A DNA stretch of 64,000 bases from contig NW_026262593.1 in NCBI RefSeq assembly GCF_021869535.1, positions 31,992,001 to 32,056,000 on the forward strand. The letters run 5' to 3'. Below the pieces are notes generated by a model. It had not been told where the DNA came from, did not search any database, and was given only the letters and a program-made list of their open reading frames with translations. Shown one piece after another: positions 1-12,790 of the stretch (the stretch's first letter is position 1; each line of letters starts with the position of its first letter). Source of the DNA: Mytilus californianus (Eukaryota). Position numbers and translations under genes: made by a program.

Positions 1-209
1 ATTCCATTGAGGCATATCGTATGGCAAATTTTACGTAATTGAACGATATTTTGGATTTTTTCAGAAATTTTGTATGAATTTAGTATTCGTTGAAATGCAT
101 CTGAATACTGATATACTATTTCTAAGTATTTATTCTTCCAGACATACATATCAAATTGGTGTCTAAATCATCTTAAGTTATGTATGAAAAAAGAGAAAAC
201 TACAATTTT

Positions 210-800
210 GCAGGAAATGTGGTTATCTATGATTGTAAATGAGACAACTACTATCAACTGTACCACGACTTCAAACAATTAGAAAAAAACCATACCGTAC
301 AGTCAGTCACAAGGCCCGACATGACAAAATATGAAACAGTTCAAAAAAGAAATTCTACTTCCTGTTTTATAACAAAACAGGAAGTAGAATTAAGCGTCTA
401 ACGAAAATAAAACATCATAGACAGCAACCAACGACAACCTCTGAATTACTAGACTGGTACCCGACCGTTATTGACAAGCTCTGAATTACTAGACTGGTAC
501 CCGACTGTTATTGACAAGCTTAATATTTGTATATATTACGAAGGCATACTGAATATTTTACGGAGAGGACCAACCTACTGAATTACAGGCTCCTGACCTG
601 GGACAGGCAAATAAAGAATATGGCGGTGTTAAATATGTTTGTGATCCTCCCCTAACCAGGGACAATGGTGTAACAGCACAACATAAGATCAAACTGTTAA
701 TATCAATTTTAAATGGATTAACTCAAAAGATTGGTATTGAGCACACAAAAAAAGCTACAATAAAAGCAAAAGTCGCCAAGTACCGGCCAAGAGCTTCTCG
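210..800. mobile_element. Unclassified interspersed repeat, 'family B' (atgtggtatgattgccaatgagacaac... type)
   Basis: Homologous blocks recur near 880-1080 (reverse), 16508-16980, 21203-21305, 38930-39320, 42765-43270, 59800-60160 and 61430-61600; contains the tcctgacctgggacaggc core. Confidence 0.75.
439..518 (+). repeat. 40-bp tandem duplication (2 copies, 1 mismatch)
   Basis: ctctgaattactagactggtacccgac(c/t)gttattgacaag at 439-478 and 479-518. Confidence 0.95.
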
Positions 801-879
801 CAGTTACTAACAGCTCTTGGATGAATGGGAGTTTAAGTGCATGAGAGAAAAAATCGTAGCATTAAGTGTCTATTATTTG

Positions 880-1080
880 TTTTTCGTTCATTGTTTTGTC
901 ATTAATCAGGTCTTGGTTTTTTTCTCGTTTGAATTGATATCCATTTTGTCGTGTCGAGGTCTTTTATAGCCAACTATAAAGTATTGTTGACGGGGTACGG
1001 TGATCTATAGTTACTTAAATCCGCTTCGTGTTGGATAGTTGTCTCATATATAGGCAATCATAACTCATCTTCTTATTTTA
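880..1080. mobile_element. Family B repeat fragment, reverse orientation
   Basis: Reverse complement reads ataagatgagttatgattgcctatatgagacaactatcc..., matching the family B head. Confidence 0.6.
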
Positions 1081-2569
1081 TATTCTATAATAAATTTGTG
1101 TATCTTTTTTCAAATTTGTAATTGATTGTATCTATAAAAGTAAAAATGCTACACATGTCATTATTTCTAAATGCATACAAAATATCATACACAAATCGAA
1201 AGATCAACAATTACGTAAATACCTCCTTAACCGTATGATATTTAGTATTTTTCTACACTTGAGACACGAAACGTGAAAACAATATGCAATTCCAAAGTAG
1301 AGTGAAAAACGATACAACTATTATAATAGGTTAAATTATTGACTAATTGTTTGAAACAAATTCAGTCTTTATTCAAACAAGCAGATTTAAAAAATGTAAT
1401 AAAAACAAAAAAGTAACACACAAAAATGTTTGATTTCCATCTCTCTATATTCTTTTAAAAAACAGAGAAAGGATTTCCCCCTTGCTTTTTAATTTGTCAC
1501 CATTAAACATACTATTTTCGTGATAAAATGGAATGGCAAAACTTGTGGCCTCACCTGTGGCGCCTTGTTTGACTAATAACCACTTTTAATCGATATCTCA
1601 CCTACACTCAAAAAGTCACACAACGTCAACGAAAACAAAGCCCTAAGGAACAATTGATTATTAGCATAACTTGAATGAAAGGCTAATAAGGATGTCCTTA
1701 GTATTGAAAGTATATGGTCATCATTTGATTTGTAAACATAAATTAAAGTTGAAATATGAAAGGTGCGAATGTTGATTATGAAGAAATTTACACAACGTCT
1801 AAATAGCTATAACCAAACAGGAAAAACACTATTCGCTGATATAATTATGTTCGAATTCCAAGTTATGTCACGGTCCAACTCTGAGTTAACCAGTTATTTC
1901 CAAAGCACAACTGAAGAACTTTCATGCACTTCTGCGGTGAGACTGACTTGCCTGTCCCAAGTAGGGAGTCTTTAATTCAGTGGTTGTGTTTTGTTGCTGT
2001 CTACCTTATTATTAAATTTAATAAAATTATAATTGTTTTATTTTTGTTTTCTATATTGTTTAAGCATTTTAAAAGCAGTTTGATTTTCTTGCCAGTTTTT
2101 CAAGGGTTTTACACTTTATCATGCAGGGTCAATTTTATAGCCGACTATACGGTAAAGGTTCTGCTCTTTGTTGTAGGCCTCATACAGTGACCTTTATTTG
2201 TTTAAATCCTATTCCTTTTGTCTCTGTTGTCTTGTTGTCTATTGACATTCATACCATATCTCCTTATTTGCATTCAGATCGCTGTTGCTTATGCTTAAGT
2301 TTTCTATTGTTGTGTTTTGTAGACTGTGAATGTTGGTCGCTTTTCGTTTTTTTTTTTGCTATTGCCTTGTCAGTTTTTCTTCGACTAATGAGTTTGAATT
2401 CATGGGCGCAGATCCAGCCATTTTGAAAAGGGGGATTTCCAATCCCCGGAACACCATGAAACGAAAAAATAGAAAAAAGGGGGATTCCAACCCCCTCTTC
2501 CGCCTTACTTTTAAATTTGTTTGACATCATGCAGTACACCAAAGCCAAAGCTATTTTGTTCTTATTTTT

Positions 2570-2685
2570 GAAATGACGGTGGTTCTCCCCGGGCACTCCG
2601 GCTTCCTCCACCAATAAAAACTGACCGCCACGAAATAGCACAATAGTGCTGAAAGTGGCGTTAAACCCCAATCAATCAACCAATA
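2570..2685 (+). mobile_element. 3' portion of tRNA-derived SINE (same family as 51228-51696 and 62802-63042)
   Basis: Reverse complement of the body seen at 51240-51340; ends in ggcgttaaaccccaatcaatcaa tail. Confidence 0.8.
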
Positions 2686-3357
2686 TTTTGAATTGAGATG
2701 GCATATATTCTTACATGGTGATTGTTTACTATATCATAAATGTAACTATCATGTGATCCTGTAGCTGAATGACCACGTTGGAGTTTCCCAATTCTAAGCG
2801 TATGTATAAGTTCTGGAACTTCAGTCATCGTGGCTATCGACATTAATTTTCTTCAAGTAATTATTTGAAGCAGTTGTCCTTTTTAATACGTCTTGGTCTA
2901 GACAGGATCCTGTGCTAAAGGAGAGTAAAGAAAAGAAAAGAAAACATTAAACCGACCAACCAAAAGGTAATCAACAGACCTTCATTATCTAGATATTGCT
3001 TCATACTTAAACAACTCAAATAATTTTACAATTACTTTCGGTCAACAACTCCACTTGATTACGCAAGAGATATAAAACTGTTTTAATAGTTCTGTTTATG
3101 TATAAAAAATTGAGACGAAGTGCATTTGGCTAAGATATCAAAGTTATATTATTAAAAACTAAGTGCATTGTCATCAAACCCACTCTTAAAATATAACTTT
3201 AATAGTTCCTCCTGAAGTTTTTAGCTTGAACATTTTGTATGACTACCTTAAAGTCTATTTTATACTTTGAGCAAACATAAATTAGCTCTGGAAAACTTTG
3301 CATTCAATTTGGGATTGGGTTGAAAATCCTTCTTTTTTGAATTGCTGATGTTGATTA

Positions 3358-3605
3358 AAGAGGATCTGGATGGGGGTCCCTCATTTAATTATTCTTTATT
3401 TTTTTAAGACAATATTCTTGATTTATTTTGCCCATTATTCTCTATATATTCTTTATATTTTAACACCCCATTATTCTCTATTCTTAATTTCAATTACCTA
3501 TTCTTCTCCATTCTTTTTTTTCAAATGAATATTATATGTTTTGCCCTTTATTCTGCACTTTTTGGTCATTATTTTCTATTCTGTAAACCCCATCCAGATC
3601 CTCAT
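3358..3605. mobile_element. MITE with terminal inverted repeats
   Basis: gaggatctggatgggg (from 3360) and ccccatccagatcctc (to 3603) are perfect inverted repeats; flanks fit a TA or an ATTAAA duplication; internal attattct(c/t)ta repeats. Confidence 0.8.
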
Positions 3606-4425
3606 TAAAGAGGACGTTAGAAACCCCGTGCATCTTATAAGTAAAAGTATAACTGGTTTCAGTGTGATGTCACGTGTTTCTATAGTAACTTTCATCAGGT
3701 ACACTGTAGACCTAATTACTGGGACATCAAATCAATCAACATGCTAAAAATTGTTTAGTTTGACCCAAATTCAGTCCATTCCCTTAATCGACCTCTCCTA
3801 CTTGAGAGGTTATGTAGCCATCGTAGACGACTGAATTATTCGGGTTAGGTGTGATACATGCATATTTTTGTTCATTAAGCGTATATAAAGACTCAAGATG
3901 AAAATCCATCAAAATTTAAACTGAATATTTACAGCGCACTGTATAGAAGATCATAGAAATATATAAAAATAACTTGTGGTGTTATTAGGCTAATTTTATG
4001 CGTGGTTTTCTCTTTTTGTTAAAAATTTTTTGCTTCACTGAACATATTTTAAAAAAAACTAACCAGTTAACAAAAAGGTTTTTCAAAGATTTGCATGTGA
4101 AAATATTTTTAAATAGGTTAGTTTTAGAATTACGACTAGCACTTTATTTAATTTTATTCTTTTTTATCGAGGTATCAAATTTTCCCAACTTATCACGGAT
4201 CTTGTATTTTTTTTTGCGCTTAATCCTTCAATGTCGTAAACATGTTCGAACGTAGTCGCGAATATGTCTGGGTTGATCTTGGCCTGTTTCAACCTGCTGA
4301 TGTTCCTCTTAACACAGTGATTTTGAAATGTTTTTATACGGAGTTTGTGAATATGATGATTTTTCAGACCAATGCTAAATGTCTTAACCTGAATCAGGTG
4401 TATCTTTTATTTTATGTTTTTTATT

Positions 4426-4580
4426 TAAGAAATAACTGTAATATTTTTTCTGTCTATGAAGAAATAACATCAAAAATGTGATGCACACTGAATAACCCGC
4501 GTAGCGGGTTATTTTAAAGTGTGCATCACATTTTTTATGTTATTTCGAATAGACAGATAAAATATTACAGTTATTTCTTA
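4426..4580. repeat. Imperfect inverted repeat (about 75-bp arms, GTA loop at 4501-4503)
   Basis: taagaaataactgtaatatttt...aataacccgc GTA gcgggttatt...aaaatattacagttatttctta. Confidence 0.9.
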
Positions 4581-5804
4581 TAATTTAATTCTAAATTCCA
4601 TTTTAAACCGGAGTAAACAATGAAAAAACGTTGATGAAGTCACGGTCACATGACTAAATTATGTCTATGAGCTGATAAACAAAACAACGTCAGCCAATCA
4701 GCAGACGCGTTACATCCAAAATTAAATTATTACTTTTTAAAGCGAGGTTCATATCCTGATTGTGAATGCTCAATTACAAAGACACAATACAGAATCTATG
4801 CTTAGTAAGTTGTTGATGTCGTATATTGTGCTATACATATATATTTATATTTCATGTTTGAGTTGTAATTCTTGTGTATTGTCTATATTGCAATTGTTTA
4901 ATATAAAAATAAAATCACTGTACTGATTATGCCCATACTGGGTCCTCTATTGGAAAAAAAAAATATCTATCTATCTATATAAGTACTATATACGGACATT
5001 ATTACAAAGTCGCATATTTTTCATGTAGCAACCCACGAATAATAAAAATTAGACACCCCCCCTCTTTCCCCCAAACTACTTATTTCATCATCTTCGACTC
5101 AAAGAAACAGTTTAATACACTGATGTAAATAACGAATGTACCCTTGGTGATCAGTCATAATTTTATATACCTTTCGTAAGGGTTGATCATTACAAAATTT
5201 GTGTTCAAAGCCGTACTATGAAAAACAGTGTGTTTGTTGACAAAAAAGATAAGGAAAAGAAAAACTCTTATACTGATGGACCGGTGCATCGGAAATGTAA
5301 TAACGTATGAAAGAATACCAAATTAATGACGATGCTGGATATCATGGATATAGCATGATCAAGTTATACAAAAGATCGTATTGGTTGATCGGTCGTTGTT
5401 TGCTTAACGTCCTGATTGAAAGGAGATACGGGATGACACAGCAATACAACACAAAACACATCTAGAGATTGAATACAGTTTAAAAACAAAACTAAAAAAA
5501 AAAGGTTTTGTTCAGACACATTGTGAAAAAATTGAAAACGAATGTCAAAGATTTGCCATTAACACAGATTTTTTTTAAAAGAAAAACATGTGTATAAATA
5601 AGACACATAGGATCGGAGTATAATAGAGGTACATAGAGGACTTCAAATTTGTCATGAATTTACGCGCTATTTAAATTTGTTTTCTCAATTTAGCGACACT
5701 CAAATGCATTTCAAGTGCATCTCAGAAACCGACCTTCGATTACTAACTGACACAAGTAATATAGATCGCAAAATGCAGTGCATATTTACATTTGTTTTAT
5801 TCCT

Positions 5805-7186
5805 GAATCTGTACTGTAGATGTTATGGTCAATGATCTGGACAGGTAGCTATCACTGGGCCACTGAAGTTGATTTGTGCAGGAAGATGCCACCTGTTCCA
5901 CTATTGCTGATCTGTAAAGATAGTTGCCACTAGACCACTGAGGTTGACGTGTAGATAGATACCACTAGACCACTGAGGTTGATCTGTCTAGACCACTGAG
6001 GTTGATCTGTCTTGACCACTTAGTTTGATCGGTACAGATACAATGTAGATACCACTAGACCACGGAGGTTGATTTGTCTAGACCATTAAGGTTGATCGGT
6101 ACAGATAGATACCACTAGACCACTGAGGTTGACGTGTAGATATATACCACTGGATCACTGAGGTTGACGTGTAGATATATACCACTGGATCACTAAGGTT
6201 AACGTGTAGATATATACCACTGGATCACTGAGGTTGATCTGTCTAGACCATTGATGTTGATCGGTACAGATAGATAACACTAGATCACAGAGGTTGACGT
6301 GTAGATATATACCACTGGGCCACTGAGGTTGATCTGTCTAGACCATTTAGGTTGATCTGTCTAGACAACTGAGGTTGACGTGTAGATATATACCACTGGA
6401 TCACTGAGGTTGACGTGTAGATATATATCATTGGATCACTGAGGTTGACGTGTAGATATATATAACTGGATCACTGAGGTTGATCTGTCTAGACCATTGA
6501 GGTCAATCGGTATAGATAGATACCACTAGATTACTGAGGTTGGCGTGTAGATATATACCACTGGGCCACTGAGGTTGACATGTAGATATATACCACTGAG
6601 CCACTGAGGTTGGTCTTTCTAGACCATTGAGGTTGATCGGTACAGATAAGATACAACTAGATCACTGAGGTCGATCTGCACAGGTAAAAGCCACTTGGCT
6701 ACTGAGGTCGACCTGTACATATAGATGCCACTGGACCACTGAGGTTGATCTGTACAGATATATGCCAAAACACCACTGAGGTTGATCTTTACTGATAGAC
6801 GCCAGTAGACAACTAAAGTCGACCTGTACAGATATATGCCAGTAGACCACTGACTTCGACCTATACAGAAACATGACCCCTGTGCCTCTGAGGTTGATCT
6901 GTACAGATTGATACCACGGGACCACTCAGCTTGATCTGTACAGATAGATGCCACTGGACCACTGAGGTTGATCTCTACAGATTGATGTCACTCGGACACT
7001 GAAGTTGATCTGTACAGGTAAATGCCACAAGACTACTGAGGTTGATCTGTACAGTTAGATGCCAAGAGACCAATAATTAAGCTTGTTCTTTTCAGATAAA
7101 TACCACCAGACCACTCAGCTCTATCTGTACAGGTAAATGCCACTGGAACACTGAGGTTGACCTGTACAGATATATACCACTAGAAC
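5805..7186 (+). repeat. Minisatellite, 37-bp unit (gatagatgccactagaccactgaggttgatctgtaca) with 23-bp sub-units
   Basis: Dozens of tandem copies visible; many units carry the 12-bp palindrome atctgtacagat across the unit junction. Confidence 0.95.
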
Positions 7187-7860
7187 AATATTTTCTAATG
7201 TGTATTCCAGCCTAACCTAATTGATTTGAGTTGTTTTCTAAAGATACATTCAATAATTCTAAAACATAATCGTATGTAAAGTTAGTTAAGCACCGGTATA
7301 TATGAAGGTTGAATAGAACCTTTTGTAATTGAAGTTAAGGGTACATTGTGGTTACATGTTTGCGATGTTATAGCCATTGTTGATTATGGTTTACGCAGTT
7401 GGGTAGTGTTTAAGCAGGTTTGTTTAGAGAAAACTAATAGTCTATATTTTTAAAATCCAACCCCTTCTTCTGATGATTAACATAAATGATGTTAAATAAT
7501 GAAAATGGTGCAGGTTTTTGTATGGTGTTAAATTACACCTTTATCACATAATTTTAAAAGAATAAGAGAGAATTGTCTTCAGAAAATAGCACATAAATGA
7601 TTAAAATTGATATGTTTTGCCCTAAAGGATTTACAGTATTTTTGTGGTACATTTAGATTGATATTTGTAACAAATGAGAGACATATTTGAACTTCAAGTA
7701 TAATTAAAAAAAATCTAAGTAAAGTGGATAATTGATATAAAAGGAACACTAGCATTAAAGTAAAATTGAAATACTTGTCATAAACACTTATGAGGATTAT
7801 CAACAGAAATTAAAATAAGAAGAAGAAAAATAATTAATTTCGGAGTTAAGAAAAGTCGGT

Positions 7861-8007
7861 CTTAACAATGTGTATTGTTTATAAATGAGCAAAACAAAAA
7901 CTTGTGAATTCTTTTTTTATATGTTAGATAAGTTCTTAACAATGTGTATTGTTTATAAATGAGCATAACAAAAACTTTGAATTTTTTTTTTAGATGTTAG
8001 ATAAGTT
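7861..8007 (+). repeat. About 74-bp tandem duplication (2 copies)
   Basis: cttaacaatgtgtattgtttataaatgagc...atgttagataagtt at 7861-7934 and 7935-8007. Confidence 0.9.
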
Positions 8008-8274
8008 CTAAACGAACTAGAATAAATAAAATTTCAACATATACATATTGAAATGTATAACTAGAAAGGAAATAGGTTGCTTAAATTTTAAGGCGAATAA
8101 AAAAAAGGAATATTTTGATAAGGAAGACAATATACCATTGATAGAAATAATTTAAAAGATTTAAGGGGAAATATTTTTTTCTGATGAGAAATACGATTTA
8201 CTATTAATAGAAATGATTTAAAAGATAAACGGGAAAGATTGTTTTTTCTCACCGTAAACGTTGTTGCCGATAGT

Positions 8275-9100
8275 GAAAGAGGGACGAAAGATACCAGAGG
8301 GACAGTCAAACTCATAGATCGAAAACAAACTGACAACGCCATGGCCAAAAATAAAAAGACAAACAGACAAATAATAGTACAGATGACACAACATAGAAAA
8401 CTAAAAACTAAGCAACACGAACCCCACAAAAAACTGGGGGTGATCTCAGGTGCTCCGGAAGGGTAAGCAGATTCTGCTCCACATGTGGCACCCGTCGTGT
8501 TGCTTATGTTATTACAAATCCGGTAAATAGTCTAATTCGGTAAGTTACATTCGTGAAAAGGGAAGGGTATTGTAGTTACGACATAAGGAACATATCCGAT
8601 ATCATCTGTGAAACGGTTATTCCATAACGGTCAACCAACTCGTGATGGCGTCCGTAAAATTTACGAAGGGATGATTTCAACTTCACCATTTGGAACTCTT
8701 GGTTTAATAGCTTCCTTGTGAGCAGCAACCCTCTATCAAGGAAATCATGATAGGAAACACAAGCCCGGGAATATCGTATCAATTGGGAGATATATACTCC
8801 GTATGCAGGCGCTGCTGGAATGTTGCTACATAGAAATGGAAAGTTCACAATTGGGAAGCTGAAATCATCTCTTTTGTCGTAAAGTTTTGTTTTCAACCGA
8901 CCCTCATTGTCAATTTCTAGATGTAAGTCAAGATATGAGGCAGACTTAACTGTATCTGTAGTATCCTTTATCTCTAGTTCGATGGGATAGATTCGTTCAA
9001 CATAGTCACCAAATTTTGTATTATCTAGTGAGAGAACATCATCTATATAGCGGAACGTAGAGTTAAAGGATATTGCTAACTTCTTATCTTTCTTGAAATA
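8275..9100 (-). mobile_element. 5'-truncated Penelope-like retroelement: RT C-terminal half plus 3' non-coding end ('family A')
   Basis: ORF 8576-9124 has FRYIDDVLSL (RT catalytic motif), YPIELEIKDTT, SYLDL and SNIPAAPAYGVYISQLIRYSRAC; it ends without a C-terminal endonuclease; the 3' end recurs at 29466, 34193, 52470 and 54676. Confidence 0.85.
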
Positions 9101-10136
9101 TAGAGTTATGAACAAATTGCGCAAGATGTAGTTAATATTTTATCTCTGGAACTGAAGTTTTTTTTCCAAGATTGATGAAAATAGATATGTCTATTAATAG
9201 TGTTATAATAAGATTAGGTAAAAAAAAAACAATAAAGAAGTAAACATACTACTATGGGTAACGAAAATTAGTGACACATAACTTTTAGTAAAAATTTTAA
9301 TATTTATTGTGTAGGTGTAGGGTTAGATAAAATGTTTGAATTATTTTTTCTTATTGTAAATATATATATGTTTGTATATCTTAAGTCTTGTATAAATACA
9401 CATATCTAGTTTTTATTTTGTAGGATTTTCAAAATTGTAGAAGTTGTATAGGACATTTTTTTTGTTCTAACCAGATAATTTGATATTTAAGAGAACGTAT
9501 TGATTCATACATAGAAATTGTTTTACTAAATTTTGCTAGGCTTGAATAACCCAGTGAACTAAAGGCGATTAAACAAACTATCGATACTCTAATTGACAAA
9601 TTAAAAAAAAAAGAAAAGAAATTGAAAACGTTTTAGTTTTTCCAAATTGGAGTAGGTTTATCAGTGGGTTTAGGTGCGATCTTCTTTGAAGTAGCCATAT
9701 TTTTGTACTGTTATTATATTAGAAATAGATCTTGGTTAGCCAAAAAGAGGAGTGTGAGTTCTGGTTTAAATGCCACGGACGATAGGTACAAAATGGTGTC
9801 AACTCAGCTGGTTGGGACGGATGCTACTGCTTCCATGAGATGTCTCCCTTTGCGCCATTGATCAAGGATGAAACTAAACCAAAGACCGATGCTAATAGTC
9901 TCTCGAGAAAAATGTACCCAGATCTAGATACGTCAACTACTTCGTAATGGGAATAGATTGTAAACCTTACAACGTTGATGACCGGATTCACTAGTAGATG
10001 ATGAACCGTGTAACTAATTTAGAGAAATAATATGAACTGTGCAAATAGAATGGACCGACACTTGTACAAAGAATTGTGCACTTTCCGGAAGTTGATGAAG
10101 AATATGCTATGATGGTGACGGAAAATATTATGATCC

Positions 10137-10158
10137 ATATATATATATATATATATAT
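10137..10158. repeat. (AT)n microsatellite
   Basis: 11 AT units. Confidence 0.95.
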
Positions 10159-10390
10159 CCAGATGTTGAACTTTCCGAATTATATGAACTCTATATATCG
10201 AGATATTGAACTATATGTGTGGTGATGGTTACCGAAAACTTAACAAGGAACTACAGAAATTATAATCGCATAAAAGAAGGATGATTAACTTATTTTTACC
10301 GAACTTTCGTTCTTATTGCGATGGAAGGCATTTTCTAAGGTGTATTCCAGCCTAACCTAATTGATACAAGTACATGTACCTTGCAGACAT

Positions 10391-10725
10391 TTATCGTACA
10401 TGTATTCTGCAGATAGATGCCACCAGACCACTAAGCTCTATCTGTACAGGTAAACTCAAATAGAACACTGAGGTTGATCTGTACAGATAGACGCCACTAG
10501 ACCACTGAGATTGATCTGCACAGATAGATGCCACTAGACCACTGAGATTGATATGTACAGGTAAATGCCACAAGTCTACTGAGGTTGATCTATACAGGTA
10601 AATGCCACTGGGCCATTGCGCTTGATTTGTACAGATAGATACCACTATAACACTGAGGTTGATCTGTACAGGTAACTGTCATTAGACACTGAGGTTGATC
10701 TGTACAGATAGATGCTACTGTGTTT
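10391..10725 (+). repeat. Second block of the 37-bp minisatellite, same orientation
   Basis: About 9 units of gatagatgccactagaccactgag(g/a)ttgatctgtaca. Confidence 0.95.
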
Positions 10726-11269
10726 TCTTATTAGGTTCAAATTACCATGCATAATACTTATTCTCAAGTTGGTAGGTCGTGTGCAACTATTGAGACACGG
10801 ATAAGATACTTTCAAAGCATATAGTGTGGATTAAATCTGCTCAGTTCAATAAGCCTAACAATTTTTAAATAACAAGAGTAAAAACCTGAAGATTAAGCAA
10901 CATGAATCCCATCAAAATCCAGGGATGAACTAAGATGCTCCGAAAGGGTAAGCAGTTCGGATTGTTCTTGCTCTACCCGTTGTGCTACTCCTGACAAAAT
11001 ATGCGGATGCAACTTATTCATTAATTTGGCATCACGCAATAGCGGGTTTGTAAATGACTCTTAACTAAGTACTAGTACTTTTACATTATTAAATTCATAA
11101 ACCGTCGTTAATGTGCATTTTTTAACCCAAAAATTTTATCGACTGAGAAAGTATGAAACTAAAGCGCAGTTTTCCAAGACAAGACTGTTGACGATGGAAC
11201 GATGGAAACGACATAGACATTGTAAATTCAAAAAGCATTACATATTACACTGAAAATTAAAGCAGCAAC

Positions 11270-12790
11270 CCTCTATAAAAGAAATCATGATAGGAAAAAA
11301 GCCTCGAAATATCGTATCAACTGGGGGATACATACTCATTATGCAGGCGCTGCTTGAATGTGGCTACACAGAAATGGAAAGTTCAAAACGGGAAAACTGA
11401 AATCTTCTCTTTTGTTGTCAAAATAATTTCTCAGTCGGCCTTCATCGTCAATTTCTTGTTTGCAAAATAATTTCTCAGTTGACTTTCATCGTCAATTTTT
11501 TATATGTAAATCACGATATGAAGGGGGTGTTACTGAATCAGTGATATCCTTTATTTCAAGTTCAATTGATAAGATGCTATTTTATGTTAAAAAACACGTC
11601 CTCCAAACGTAACAACTATTTTGTCAATAAATAGTAAAATCAGATGATCTTGATGATTTCAGTTTCAGAGAGCTGTTTTGTAAGAATCAGAGAAGTTCTT
11701 TACAAACTTTGATTTGTTCTTCCTCAAACAAGATATTTAATCGGCATTAACCATTCTTCCTCATGAAACAAAGTTGGACAAATTCTTTCAATCTATCTTT
11801 AAGTTTAGAATGACAAATACTTGTGTTAAGTGTAGTAAAAATGTTTTATACTGTTGCACGTGTAGAGGGGTTTGATAGCATGTTTTCTAACAGGTCTTTG
11901 GACTATTTAAATGTCCAATCCTCATTAATTCCGTCCTTTGAGTAAGTAGTTTCATTGTAAATCTGGTAAGTGATGAACATTTCAGTATAACTTACGATTA
12001 ATTTTGATCGTAATATTTCTTCATCCTTGTTTGAAATTGCAAAAGGAACACAAAATAGACCTTTGACTGAATTTAAAATGTCTAGATCCATTATCATCAA
12101 AATAAACTGGGTATATAATGTAATTTAAAGAAACAAATACGATTAGTTATGGGCTTTGTCTGCGGGGACAACAATATATTTGTCATAAAGGTCGGATAAG
12201 TGCTTCCAAACATATGGAGCGTTTTAGATAGATGTAGCACGAGTGCTCATATATCCATTAAGTTTTCGATTCTGATTTATATCAACGACCTTACAGTCTT
12301 GCCCCTTTCGGTAATAGTATCTACGTCTTCCTTTTATCTGGTATTATCATCTGTATTCATTAGCATTTTAAAGCTGTGTTTTTTTTAAGGTTTATCTATT
12401 TAGGATCACGGTATTTTGGCCAATTGACTTACACATTTTCTTAAAAAGTGTTGTTGGCAAAGTTAAGGTCACCAGTTATAAAGTAGCCAGCTGGATTACA
12501 TATGCATGCAAGCTTGAAAAAGTACAAGTAGGTCATTAAGACTTTTTTCAATATTGATATTCTGGAACATGTATTTGTGGTTTTAAAAACGTTTGACCCC
12601 AATAGGTGTAACATAAGTATAAGAGGCGATTGGAGCATACTGATCTTTGAGGCAAGGAGGTATTTTAGATTCGGCAACTTTATGATAAATAATTTTGTCT
12701 TAATTGATAACATCGAGGCCCTTAAAGCGGAAAAGATAGTTTTTCCGTTTCATCTTTTGTTATTGCAGCTGGCATGAAAAGGCAGTGATA
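11270..12790 (-). pseudogene. Degenerate, internally deleted Penelope-like RT element
   Basis: 11270-11570 matches 8720-8990; 11590-11700 is the reverse complement of the RT segment at 27200-27300; 12441-12713 reads NPAGYFITGDLN, as in the remnant at 25830-25880. Confidence 0.7.

Larger units (their letters stand above)
7190..10365. other. About 3.1-kb AT-rich cassette bounded by 36-bp direct repeats, interrupting the minisatellite
   Basis: attttctaa(t/g)gtgtattccagcctaacctaattgat at 7190-7225 and 10330-10365; the array stops before the first copy and resumes after the second. Confidence 0.75.

Noticed and set aside
6619-6954. ORFs over the 37-bp minisatellite (also 6662-6925 and 10391-10645)
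   Set aside because: Periodic translations of tandem repeats; no start context or splice support.
7470-7510. CTGATGA followed by a ttaacat/atgttaa stem and GAAA
   Set aside because: Five extra bases lie between the stem and GAAA, with no stem I/III pairing; likely chance.
8088-8466. Recurrent ORFs such as MARNKKTNRQIIVQ / CLFVFLFLAMALSVCFRSM (also 29375-29632, 34171-34530, 52464-52670, 54607-54846)
   Set aside because: Chance frames in the non-coding 3' end of the family A retroelement.
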